A DNA stretch of 62,501 nt, filler included, from Sphacelaria rigidula (Eukaryota), in assembly GCA_964200075.2 (NCBI GenBank). It is 7 parts of 7 records of this genome, joined end to end, with 100 filler letters (N's around TTAATTAATTAA, not from the genome) between each part and the next. Parts side by side here need not be neighbours in the genome. Positions count along the whole stretch, not along the records: positions 44,717 to 53,559 come from CAXNAA020009963.1; positions 53,660 to 62,501 come from CAXNAA020009964.1; 5 more parts are not named here. One strand, 5' to 3'. The notes under the pieces are model-generated. The model was not told where the DNA came from. It saw nothing but the letters and a program-made list of their open reading frames with translations, and ran no database searches. A program made the position numbers and the translations under genes. This document shows, in pieces, positions 51,568 through 62,501 of the stretch. Position 1 is the stretch's first letter. Each line of letters opens with the position of its first letter.

Positions 51568-53559
51568 CTATATACCGCCCCCACCCCCGCACAAATGCCG
51601 TCGCACCGTGCGACCCGCAACTGTGGGCGCTCCCACACAAATTGCCCTCCACCTCTCCATACTATGTTCGTGTCCAGCACGATCCCGCCCTCGCTTCAGT
51701 AAGTCGAGTGTCACGTCCTTGGTTTTCATCCACAAATCCTTGCTCCCAAAAGTAGCAGGCGGGGTCAGGGGCAGACGGGGGTGATGCGCGGTGGCCCCTA
51801 TGAATGAGCAGTGTTCCGCCGAGATGTATTTCGCGTGAGGGTCGCAGTCGTTATTGTCGAACGCTGCCGAGACGCCGATGTTGCGGTCCGCGGGGATGAC
51901 GTCCTCATCCTTTCTAGTCGCCACCACATTCTCATGATCCCACCTCTGCTTGTCAGACATGCAAATGTTTAGCGCCGACAGTAGGCGCGTAATCTTCTCC
52001 CCCGCTCTATGCGATTTCAACGCCTGGGACAACTGCAAGTAGTGATCGGGCATGAAGGAATTTCGTAGAACCTTCTTCGCCATCATCGTACCCAACCTGT
52101 ACGTGAACACGGCATCTTCCGAATACTGGTCGGCATCGGCAGCGGTTCCCCGCGTGGCCGCGTCCAAGTTTATCCCACATACTGAGACGATGAACGTCGT
52201 CAGCTCAGGGGGGAAGGTGTCACGGATGTACCTTTTCACGTCGGGAGTCTGCATCCCGGCGGCAAAGTCCTCACCTTTGGGAAATCGTGTATTAGCCCAT
52301 TTCGCACATGGAAACACGCTCGCCCGCAACATCCTCGCCGCCGTATTTATCACCCCCATATCCCCGTCCGCACCACCTGCCGGAGCTTGCTCCGGAACAC
52401 CAGCGCACCCCCCCTCATCCGCCGTACGTGAAACCGCTGCTTCCCGTTTGTTGTTCTCACGCCGAAGCTCGCGCTCACTGGCGTAGAGATTCGCAATCCA
52501 CCACTCATCGAATACGAGCGGAATGAGCACCCTAAATTTCCGCCTGTGGTCTTGACCGACAACACCCCCAGAGAATGAGAGGTCACGAACGCCGCTGACA
52601 GCGGAGGCGACCCGGTCGAGGATTGTGGTGGCGTCCTTACCCAAAGTCTTCTCGACAACATCGTTTAACCCCGCTCGGCTACGCGCCTGCCGCACGATAT
52701 TGATGGCGTCGCCCAGATCGAGGAAGCGCCCGGCGGCAATGTCGGCGACCACGTTTCGCGTAGCAATGTGAGAGGCAGCGTCGGCCGCCCCTCTCCCAGG
52801 AGCGTCGGAGGTATCGAGGCGCAGGAGATATTGGTCAACCGTCCACTTGCCGTCCTCTCCCCTCTTGAACAAGGTACTCTCAACTTCCCTGGTAAATCTC
52901 CAGACGCAGCGTTTGCAGAGGCGACTGTCTGCGCGTAGGTTGGTGCTGTCCCCACCCCGGTGCTTTTCCCCAGCATCCGTCGCTCGAAAGAATTCTTGCA
53001 TGAGTCGAAATCTTTCCCCGGCTCTCTTCAACTCCGTCTTTGGCGCCCGGCAGCACGCTTCAAAATTTACCGCCGACCGTTCTTCCTTCCGCTTCTCTCT
53101 CTTCCGGAGGGCATAGAAGCAATCGGGGGCAGTACACAGGCACCCGCGGCTCGGCACCCAACCCGGCACCACAGCAGCCTCTGCCGCCGCGCCTGTCGCT
53201 GCCATCCGATCCCAAAACTCCGCCGCGTCGGCGACGGCGTCGTCGTCGGGAAGATGCCGAAACTGGGGTTCGAAGCCTTGTGTGACCGGCGGCCGGCGGT
53301 GACACGCGCAGCACAACAAATTGCCGGAGTGCACGGGATTACCGGGACACACGGGACAGGGTGTCGGCCACGCTTCCGTGGCACCACAAACCGCCTGTCC
53401 GCATGACAACGACACCCGTTTCCGCCTTTTGGGGGTATACACGTCGGCCTGCCCAGCATGCGGTTCTTCTGTAGAGGGGGGTGGCGCCGGCCGTTGCCCC
53501 CCCAAGAGGAATCCTGGCGGCATTCCCGCGATACCTCCTCCTCGCGCCGTAGACTGTCG
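51568..53559 (-). mobile_element. Cys-rich 651-aa ORF, probable Academ/DUF6589-like transposase N-terminal half
   Basis: Uninterrupted GC-rich ORF (ATG 53523, frame open to the contig end), unusual in this intron-rich genome. Zn-finger-like CPVC..CCAC, CLC..C and LCKRC; MPDHYLQLSQALKSHRAGEKITRLLSALNICMS...SAAFDNND..H resembles the segment up to the first catalytic Asp. Confidence 0.55.
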
Positions 53560-53659
53560 NNNNNNNNNNNNNNNNNNNNNNNNNNNNNNNNNNNNNNNNN
53601 NNNTTAATTAATTAANNNNNNNNNNNNNNNNNNNNNNNNNNNNNNNNNNNNNNNNNNNN
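53560..53659. other. Artificial contig spacer 6
   Basis: Same 100-nt spacer. Confidence 0.99.
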
Positions 53660-53691
<32 letters not shown>

Positions 53692-55911
53692 TTATCCGTC
53701 ATATTAGCTCGACCTCTCGAACCCGTGGTCATTCACAAGGAAAATCATGCCGAGGGGATAACACGCCCCCATTCAATGATAAAGGAATTCTCGAGTGACC
53801 GGTGAACAAGACACGAATGTAGTGTAATAGCTTTTTTTGGCACAATCTGTGTCGTTCCGGGGTTCAAATTTACTTGAATGTAGTATGATGATGTCTTCGA
53901 TTTCTTGTGAGATCTTCATTTGGTTTTACAATAGAGTACGGGAAGAGTGTGCAAAAATCCCACGTTTCATCACCTTTTTCACACGGAAGCCAACCCGTCC
54001 AATTCATCAGCATCGACAAGCAACTGAGAGATCAGGTGAGCCGGGAGTACGCGACGACTGCAATACGTAGCAATGGCCGAGGCTGCCGCTCCTACTTCCC
54101 CCCTATAGCCACGGCTCCGTCTCGAAAGGGATGTGCAGTCGATGGTCAAACGACTAAGGCGAGCAACAAATGAGTACGCCCCCTCTGCTCCCTATGACCA
54201 TGGCTGGCAGCAGCGTGATCGGATGCACAATCCGTCAGCAACTAGTGCACAGAATCTGGTGCGCAGATGGATGTGACTGGCATCTCTCCTCGTATATGTA
54301 CTTTTCTGTACTGTTGCACTGCACTGTATGCTGCTGGTTGGCGATCAACCCGCATGGAACGTCGTTGCCGCCCTGCTTTCGACCTCGGAGTCACTTCTGT
54401 CGGTGACAGGATTGGATACAGATGCGTCATCTCATCATGTAGGACTGTATTGTACGGTGCGGTGCTGTGCTGTGGTGCGCTGTGCTCTACTACCGGGTCA
54501 CCGCTGCTATAACACGGACTGTGACCGGTGGCTTCATGCGGTGTGCATTGACTGCACTCCTCTGAGACACTTGGGTGTACGCGGTTGACCTCTGATCATG
54601 TGCGTCATTCTCTGCACTAACGACCAGCCGCTAGAAGGCGCTTTTGGTCGTTAGTGAGGGTGGGGCCCGGAAGGGTTGATCTCGGACAATTCATTTCTCA
54701 ACACGACTTTTGAAAGGTGTAACAACGTCATTGTTTCATGGAACAGCGTCTGACTTGGTATTTTCACCCTGACACATATTTATCTGGTTCTTGACGTCCT
54801 TGGAGAGTTTGAACGCGTTTTCGACCCCGACTCATGTCTGTATCGTATAGGCTCTTCCGTTTGTCCCGTGTTGTCTCTTTTCGCCGACGAAGGACGTTTT
54901 TGGCGTTGATGCGTATTTTTAGCGTCCTTTTGTGTGGGCGCATTTATTTATCGGACGTCGAGCGGAAATACAAAAATGTCTCATCTAGCATAGTGATGGG
55001 ATTGAAGATCATAAGATACAGGTTGATTCACGCTTATCACCCAAAAAACACTCATCGGCAAAGCCTCACGCCGTTTGAAGTAGTTAGACTCCGGAATTGT
55101 GCACATATGTTCTACGAGGCATTACGCAACTTCCGAAGGTCGAGTTTTTTTTTCATCTCTCACTTTTTCCGCCGTTTTTCGGGGGTCCCAGTTTTTTCAA
55201 GGAAACATCGATCCAATCTGACCCCCGTGGAACGGTAAAAAGAATCGTTTATCCAAAAAAAATTATTGGCCAATAGCGCAGTCGTGCAAAATTTCAGGGT
55301 CTAACTCCTTGAAACAGCGTGAGGGTTTTCGCTTTTGTACGATGAGCTTGGCCGTGCCGCGGTGAGACCTAGTACGAGAACGGCGTTTTTGGGCCTTCTT
55401 CGACGTGAACATGTAAATGCAATTTCAAGCATCAGTTGATCTATTTTTGCGACGAATTTTTGTAGGGCCCTTCCTTGGGTTATGCAGCGACAAGTTGTTC
55501 GCAAAGAATGAAAAAATACCGTAGTGCCGATTTTCCAGGGTCCCAGAATGGAGACTACTTCAAAAAACGAGTTGGATCCCGTCGAACCCCTGAAAAACGG
55601 TAAAAAAAAAACTCGAAGAAGTAAGAACAACTCGTCCGTAGAAAGCTGCGTAATGGCACATAGTGTATTTGTGCAAAGTTTCGGGGTCTAACTCCTAATG
55701 ACGGCGTGAAGTTTTGCGCGTTTGTGGAGGACGTGGGCTTGAAACGTGCAACTTCTAACTACTTGGTTTCAGTATGGCAACATCTGTCTGGGTGAATTTT
55801 ACGTCAAGGCGAGAAAAAACGTATGAGGTTTTCGAGTTTCCCCACCAAACTATGTACATGTGTTCCTTGGACTATCTCGGGACGCATCATTTTATTATTA
55901 TTCTTTTGGAA

Positions 55912-55973
55912 CGTTCTCTACCGGCTTCCGGGGGTGTTATGATACGGGGACCCCCGGAAGCCGGTAGAGAACG
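55912..55973. repeat. Perfect 24-bp-stem hairpin
   Basis: cgttctctaccggcttccgggggt - 14-nt loop - acccccggaagccggtagagaacg. Confidence 0.95.
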
Positions 55974-55984
55974 GGAAAACTTTG

Positions 55985-57180
55985 AAATATCGCATACCCT
56001 GGACTATACAATATGTAACATATATATATATATATATATATATATTGCCCGCTCAATATATCGACGCGTGGGGTGGTCAATATATATTGGGCGAGCAGTA
56101 TGATGGCACGAGAGAGAGGTCAATATATAATGTGCGATCAATATGTCAAGGCTCGCGACATGCAATATATATCGACCGAACGATATATCACGACAAGCGC
56201 CACCTCAATATATATTGGCCGAGTAATATGTTGGTGCGGTAAGGCACCAACATGTATTTGTCGAGTAATATAGTGGCTGCCACACGAGGTCAATATATAT
56301 CGACAATTTAGTGTACTCAACACCCGAAGCGCCAATATATATTGCCGCCCCAATATGCCGTAGGTCAATGCATCCAATATATATTGGGCGGACGATACAC
56401 GAGGGAACGGACGGTCACGACACATACTAGTGTAGCAATATACATATTGGTTTTCAACATGTAGATTGGACATTGTATTGGAATTAGTATAGTGGGCAGT
56501 TTTATGTTCGTGGGCGCAATTGAAAGATGGATCACCACATATAAAAAACGTTCAATATATTCCTCCGCGAGCGTGTTCAATGTATATTGGCTGCACAACA
56601 GTGTGCGATGAGCGTGCGCAATATATATTGGAAAAACAATATTTTTGCATGATTTGCGTTCAACATATATGATGGTAACACTATGTGACGCATCGTTTCG
56701 ACTCAACATATATTTTTTGACACTTCAATACATAAACGGCCGGCATGCACAAGGTATATTGAATGTTTATTGTGTTTTGTTCCCGACGCAAATGCACGTC
56801 TCAATATATATTGTCATGCACTACTTCACGATCATGAAGCGCGAAATATATGTTGTTGCTTCAATATCTCCGAGGGTATCTCAACACAATATGTAAGTCG
56901 AAATGACAATATTTGTGCTGTCTCCAACACAAAGTATTGGTATCATATTGGAACACATTGCATTGTCCAGCGTATAAGCAATACAGCATCGGTGACCACG
57001 GGGGTACCAAAAGGCGCATATCGACGCGTGTTCTCTGCCGTCGTGATGTCTACCCAAGATATATGACATACTGTAAAAATATGGGCGGCCCCGCACCGGT
57101 GGCCAGATAGGTACCAGAAGGCATATATACCGGGCCCACTCTTCTCTCACCATATTTTCTGACCAATATTTATATATGAA
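55985..57180. repeat. Irregular array of CAATATATATTG-like palindromic motifs
   Basis: Dozens of caatat/atattg words; perfect 12-mers at ~56078, 56206, 56333, 56375 and 56618. Confidence 0.8.
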
Positions 57181-58334
57181 CAAGAGTTTCTGCTGCTTCG
57201 CCGCCACGGTCAGTGGATCGACAGCCAAGGCACATGAGCACGGGTAAAAGCTGTGTGCGTTCAGTAATGGCAAAGGTCATACGTAGTTTGGAGAAGAAGC
57301 CGGATCAGCTCATGGGCTGAGCACGGTACTAAATCTGGATCATGGATACCTTGATTGAGTGAAATGGATGCCACTTCGACAGATTGCCTAATTTTCTCGC
57401 CGTCAAAGGGTTGATGGAGAGCGGCAGGAAAATTTTGTCGTTTCTTCTGATTGTTTCATAAGCATGATGCCGGTTCGATTTTCATGTGAAATCGATGCCG
57501 ATTTCACTAAAGACTTATTCTGTTTCGTTTCCAGCCCGAAGAGCAACATGGATGATAAGTACGTACGAAGGCTCAACGCAGCGCATCACAATCAAAAGTG
57601 AACCGAAGGAATTGACCGCCCCCGCAAACCAAGAACCCATAAAGTGGCAACGAATTTGACCATTTGATCGCCAACCAAGAAATGAATTGACCGCTAACCA
57701 AAAACATATATTGTGGCAACGATTTTGACCATTTGACCGCCATGATAAATATCTGTTGTTGAATCGGCATCAATTACTTGGACTTCACAAGTTACAGCGT
57801 GGCCCAGATTACCTACCCCACCGGTCAAGGGATTAATCCTCTTGGGACCGAATTCCCAGAAACATGTGATTTGCTCGTGTGCAGATTATGTATTGGACAT
57901 AGATCTCATACGTAGATTCTCGGGCATGTAGTCAACCAGCCTGGTAAGAGCCAGTGCGGTTCAGTACAAAGTACCGACAGGAACGGTCCGGGAACCAGTA
58001 CTGTAGCCAGTGTTCAGCCTAGCCATGACGGCTCCGCGGCTCTATATTATGAGCTCTACAGTTGGAGTTTAGGGCTGAGATTCAGATAGCGAAGGCGTAG
58101 ATAGAGCTGTACACCAGCGGATGACGTCTGAATGAATACCGAAAAGCACGGCGATGCAGCGCCCCACTCGGGTACGTCGTCTGCTCAACCCATCAAGATC
58201 TCTTGTGACAATTGCCTTGCTCCGCTGTAAAACGGTGCACTGCGAGGAAGCGCGCCACGGCCACACCAAACAACATCTCACAAATTGCACAGCACGCAGG
58301 GGCCTTTTGATAAATTGACATCATCTCCAAAATT

Positions 58335-58422
58335 CCAGATCGTGTGACTGCACTGAGGTTCGAACCCACGACGCAACCGTCATAAGGTTCGGGGGTTACC
58401 AACTGAGCCACCGGGGCGACCG
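58335..58422 (-). mobile_element. tRNA-derived SINE head (Pol III A/B boxes)
   Basis: Minus strand GGTCGCCCCGG-TGGCTCAGTTGG (A box)...GGTTCGAACC (B box); no proper acceptor stem. Confidence 0.75.
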
Positions 58423-58569
58423 TCTGCCGACTAAAAGATGAAAAATAAAAGCCGGCGCCTCCTGACGAAAAATACGCATATATGGCAGAGTAACAGCAGC
58501 AGCAGCAGTCCAGAGACAGTAAAAGGAAAGTACAATTCTGTGGTGGTCGCCTTATTTCTTCATCGTGAG

Positions 58570-58763
58570 AGAGGATCAGCAGTCCAATTCCCTCGTCGAC
58601 CGTGACATCGAATTCTGTCTAACCACGACATACTGAAGCCGCCGTCCACTATTGGACATGATGTGAGAATAAGTTCCAGATCGTATGACTGCACTGAGGT
58701 TCAAACCCACGACCCAACCGTCATAAGGTTTGGGGGTCACCAACTGTGTCACGGGGGCGATCG
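58570..58763 (-). mobile_element. tRNA-derived SINE head plus body
   Basis: Second, more decayed head (58676-58763) contiguous with body ttccctcgtcgaccgtgacatcgaatt, shared with ~27615-27640. Confidence 0.72.
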
Positions 58764-59639
58764 TCTGTCGACTAAAATATGGAAAATAAAAGCCGGCGCC
58801 TCCTGACGAAAAATACGCATGTATGGCAGAGTAGTAGCAGCAGCAACAACAACAGTCCAGAGACAGTAAAAGGAAAGTACAGTCGAGACGATGCGACATG
58901 CGAGCAAGATCACCTCATGCTCCCCATGTGCGCCGAAATTGAACGGAGAGTCGTTCCGCACAGCCCATCCAACAGAGCATGATGCCGATTCAACTTTTAC
59001 GTGAAAACGATACCAGTTCCACGAAGGAATGCGGGGCCTGTGTACAGTAAGAGGTGGCATCTCCGACGGTCAAAGGGCCCCCCGTCTCACGAGGACATGC
59101 ATCAAACGTCGAAATGCCATGGAGAACACAGCGCGGAAAGGGTATGCATCCCAAACCTGAGCAGGATGGGAACGCCCCCAAATTCCCAGCGAAATGCAAC
59201 CGAAGAGGCTGATACATATAATCAGCGAAGAATTGTACTCTAAAATCAAGTAAGAAGCAATGCTGGCTTCTCAGAGCTTCTGAGAACGAAATGACCCCGA
59301 AATATATGTACTCTGAAATCAAGTGAAAAAAAGTGCACCTGTCTGAAGGGCTTGAAGATGAGAAAAAATATGACTGGTGTAACTTGTACAAGATTTTTGG
59401 CGCTTCGCGCCACCGCTCAATGGAGCGTTTCCCAAGGCAAAGGGTAATGAGGAGTGTTGCTACCGGCATCGGCCGTTGCCCACATGGAGAAGTGCTGAGA
59501 GGCGGGAAAATGATTCAGAGACAATCTTGTGGCACGAAGATAATATCCAGAGATAACTCTTGTGACACGCAGAGATTATTCAGAGATAACACATCTTTTT
59601 TTTTGCCTCTTTGGACTTTCGAACATCGTCGACGACGAT

Positions 59640-59990
59640 AAAACCCGACCGAAAAAGAATCGAAACGGGGCAGAAGACACGGTCCTGCACAACGAAAAAG
59701 ATAACCGTGAAGCTCCGCCCATTCTCCGTCCGAGAAATCTACGCGAAATGATCGTATGTATATAACGGTAAAAAACCGACAAATCCCGAACGAAAATGAA
59801 GGATTGAAACGAGGTAGAAAACACTGACCGTACAGAACCAAAGAATAACCGCCAATCTCCGCCCATCCTCCGTCTGAGATATGTGCCCAAAATGAACCCA
59901 TTTCAACATTCAAACGTGGACAAAACTCGACCGAGAATAAATCTTAGCGACGCACAAGAAACTAATCCTGAAGAACCAAGAACTACCTAT
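59640..59990 (+). repeat. Degenerate ~140-bp tandem repeat, 2-3 units
   Basis: aaaacccgaccgaaaa...ataaccg...ctccgcccat(t/c)ctccgtc(c/t)gaga recurs near 59640, 59780 and 59921. Confidence 0.7.
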
Positions 59991-62501
59991 CAAGGAATAT
60001 GACAGTATCGACAATATGAATGAATCCACTGTTGCCCGTCGATGAGACGATGTACTTAAGACCATATTTTATGGCAACGAATCTCGATTTTCTGAGACAG
60101 GGACTGAAATCCGCGAACTCAAAATTGGGGGTACCGCTTTATGGTATCACGGATTTGTGAAATAGTTCTGTACACAGACGGACTTTTTCTGCACGAGTGT
60201 GGTATCGCGTACTCGTGCATGAAGCCGAGGAGCAGGCAGGCGGTGAATACCCCTTCGAGTACAGTGTCGTACCATGGTACCCTAGGGTAATACACTGCAG
60301 GACACTCCATGATCACAGTACATGATGATACCGTGTGGTGGTACATGATGATGGCACAGTCGGTATTGCGAGAAAAGGAGCAACCAGTGTGCGAGAAGAG
60401 TTCAGTAGTTCAGTGCGAAACATCACCCTGCAACTACAGCGACAACAGACCAGGAGAGTACAGCCCCGTTCGGTATAGTGATACATGTGGCAGCGCAGTG
60501 CAGCATGAGATATTACCGTCGCCACAGGATATACGGCGTCAATAGTTATGATCCACTCGTCTCAAACCCCGTGCGAAGCTGCTGCAGCAGCTGGCGCCGG
60601 CAGGCACACACTGCGTTGTCACGACACTGTCTTCTGCTGCGGTTGCCAACATATCAAACGCCTCGTCCTTTACCATTGTACGTCAGTGCACGTACTTCAT
60701 CTCCTCGGAATCGGGAGGACCTCAGATTTTACGGAAATGGTTCTGAGATCGCCACACGATGATTTTTTTTTCAAATCGGGGTCCGTAAATTGCGTTCCCG
60801 GATTATTTTCCCTCGATCTGCGTAGAAATCGAGATCGGTGACTGCCAACAAAGATGGTCTTTACCCTGCGACAGCGAGCGTCGCTTCAAAAGCATTTCAC
60901 AAGCTGATAGTGCAGAGACATCGCGGCGGGGGGAGGTAGGGACTACTCGCATAATAAGAGCCGAAAAGCTACCAAGTCAACCAACCATATGTGTTTCGGA
61001 AGTTTCCCACGGAAGATTATTGGTCATGGATCATGTATTCTTCTCCCAGTTGAAGTTGATGCCGATTCAACAAATGACCTACTCTTGCTGCTAAGGATTA
61101 ATCACTACCCCTACTGGGTTGTTTCGTATTTAGAGGAAGGGGGAAAAGAGCTTGTAGGAATCCACGCCGAGAATAGGTCATGTGTTGAATCGGCGTCAAT
61201 TTCACTTGAAATAATAATGCATGATCCAGATAGGATACTCTCGCGGCCGAGGGATTGATGCAAACCGGCATCACTTCACCTCGCAGAGACATTGTGATTT
61301 GCACCGGTCGTACGCATAACCAAAGATCACAGAAGACACCACGGCTTAGGGCATAGGGGTTGCATGATGCACGGAAGAACTCTCTGTTATTGTGCTCAAC
61401 GAGACATGCTCCGCCAGACCGCCAGCTTTTGATAAACTCTCTAGCAGAGGAAGTGTTCATTTGTAGAATTGACATCGTTATTACTTAAGGGCCTCAAAAT
61501 GATGCCGATCCACAAATTATTCCGGTGATGGGTTCCCCAAGTGACATTTGCTGCGATAGCGCCCTCTCCCAACAATTGACTGGTTTGGAAAGGCAAAATG
61601 TACACGTGAATCGGAATGAAATAAGCCGAGCATAACGAGCAGCTGATTTGTGGAATCGGCATCATTTTCACTTGGAAAATATGTGAGGATCAGGCCGACT
61701 CCACAAATAGATGAACACCTCCGGCGGTTGAAGGGTTGGGATTGGCGCCGGAGGACAAAGGACCTTATGACTACGAGAGCCATAGGATAGTCTCGGGGAC
61801 ACTTTCTGCGATAGCCCCCCCCCCCAAAAAAAAATAAAGTGGCTGGTTTGGAGGGGCAAAATCTACACAACAATGTTTTCGTGAGATTGAGAGTAGAGGA
61901 TACGATTGAGAGTTGAAAGCGATCAATGAGTGGATTAATTGTCTCGGTTCCAAAATGCCCCTCCACGAGGCCCGATATGCTTCCTGTAGTAGCTTGCCAC
62001 TGAGGCCCTTGATGTACCCGAGAAGGATATCGACGTGTAGCTGTAGGCACACGCCAGTGATAAAGGCAAAGAAAAGCACACACAGGATGAAAAAATGGCT
62101 AAGTTAGAGCGGATGATGAAAGCCACTCTCAATCAGCGCTCTACTCTCAATGTCACGAGAACGTTGTCACACGTGAATCGAAATGAAAGAAGCCGAGCAC
62201 AGCGAGCAGCTGATTTGTGGCATCGGCATCATTTTCACTTGAAAAATAGATGAGTCGAGCACAACGAGCGGCTGGGAAGTCCCACGCCTGGATTCGTTTT
62301 CGCCAATGTCGCCCATACAAAGCGCTTCATGCAGCCTGGAATCAAACATCAGGCGCTGTATGACCCTTCTCTTCGTGAAAGTTATAGGCTGGTTTGGGTG
62401 GGAGGAGGGGGGGGGGGGGGGGGGGGGGGTTGCGTTGTTTTTTTTGGTTTTTTGGGCGGGGAATTACCCCGCCTCCCCTTTGGAGGGGGAAAGGGGGGGG
62501 G

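Noticed and set aside
55985..57180. CRISPR-like repeat-spacer array
   Set aside because: The repeat is only ~12 nt, degenerate and irregularly spaced.
58335..58422. Functional tRNA gene
   Set aside because: A/B boxes are present but there is no convincing acceptor or anticodon stem, and the sibling copy is fused to a dispersed repeat body; a SINE head fits better.

Overview
Intron-rich, repeat-rich eukaryotic nuclear DNA, most likely from a brown alga (Phaeophyceae/ochrophyte). This is inferred from ASAF-type bipartite plastid-targeting peptides, short exons in 1-3.5 kb GT-AG introns and the style of the repeats. The window is not one locus. Six identical 100-nt spacers (N44-TTAATTAATTAA-N44) join seven pieces of 8844, 8843 (x5) and 8842 bp, i.e. 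length-sorted, unlinked contigs, so no synteny should be read across spacers. Contig 1: PHF5A exon 1 head-to-head with a C1orf131/Faf1-like gene. Contig 2: seven exons of a beta-carbonic anhydrase. Contig 3: a decayed 28S rRNA fragment, an orphan terminal exon, and complete plastid ATP synthase gamma (atpC) head-to-head with a plastid-targeted 2Fe-2S ferredoxin-like gene. Contig 4: a probable multi-exon hypothetical gene. Contig 6: a 651-aa Cys-rich ORF resembling the N-terminal half of an Academ/DUF6589-type transposase, facing a decayed, oppositely oriented stretch resembling the C-terminal half. The remainder is MITEs (piggyBac-, mariner-, hAT- and Harbinger-like, several nested), fold-back elements, a tRNA-derived SINE, non-LTR 3' ends and mini/microsatellites. 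No CRISPR or other clearly new system is supported. The best leads are the Academ-like element, the rRNA-derived insert and the palindrome array next to a perfect hairpin. All family assignments come from remembered motifs; no database search was run.
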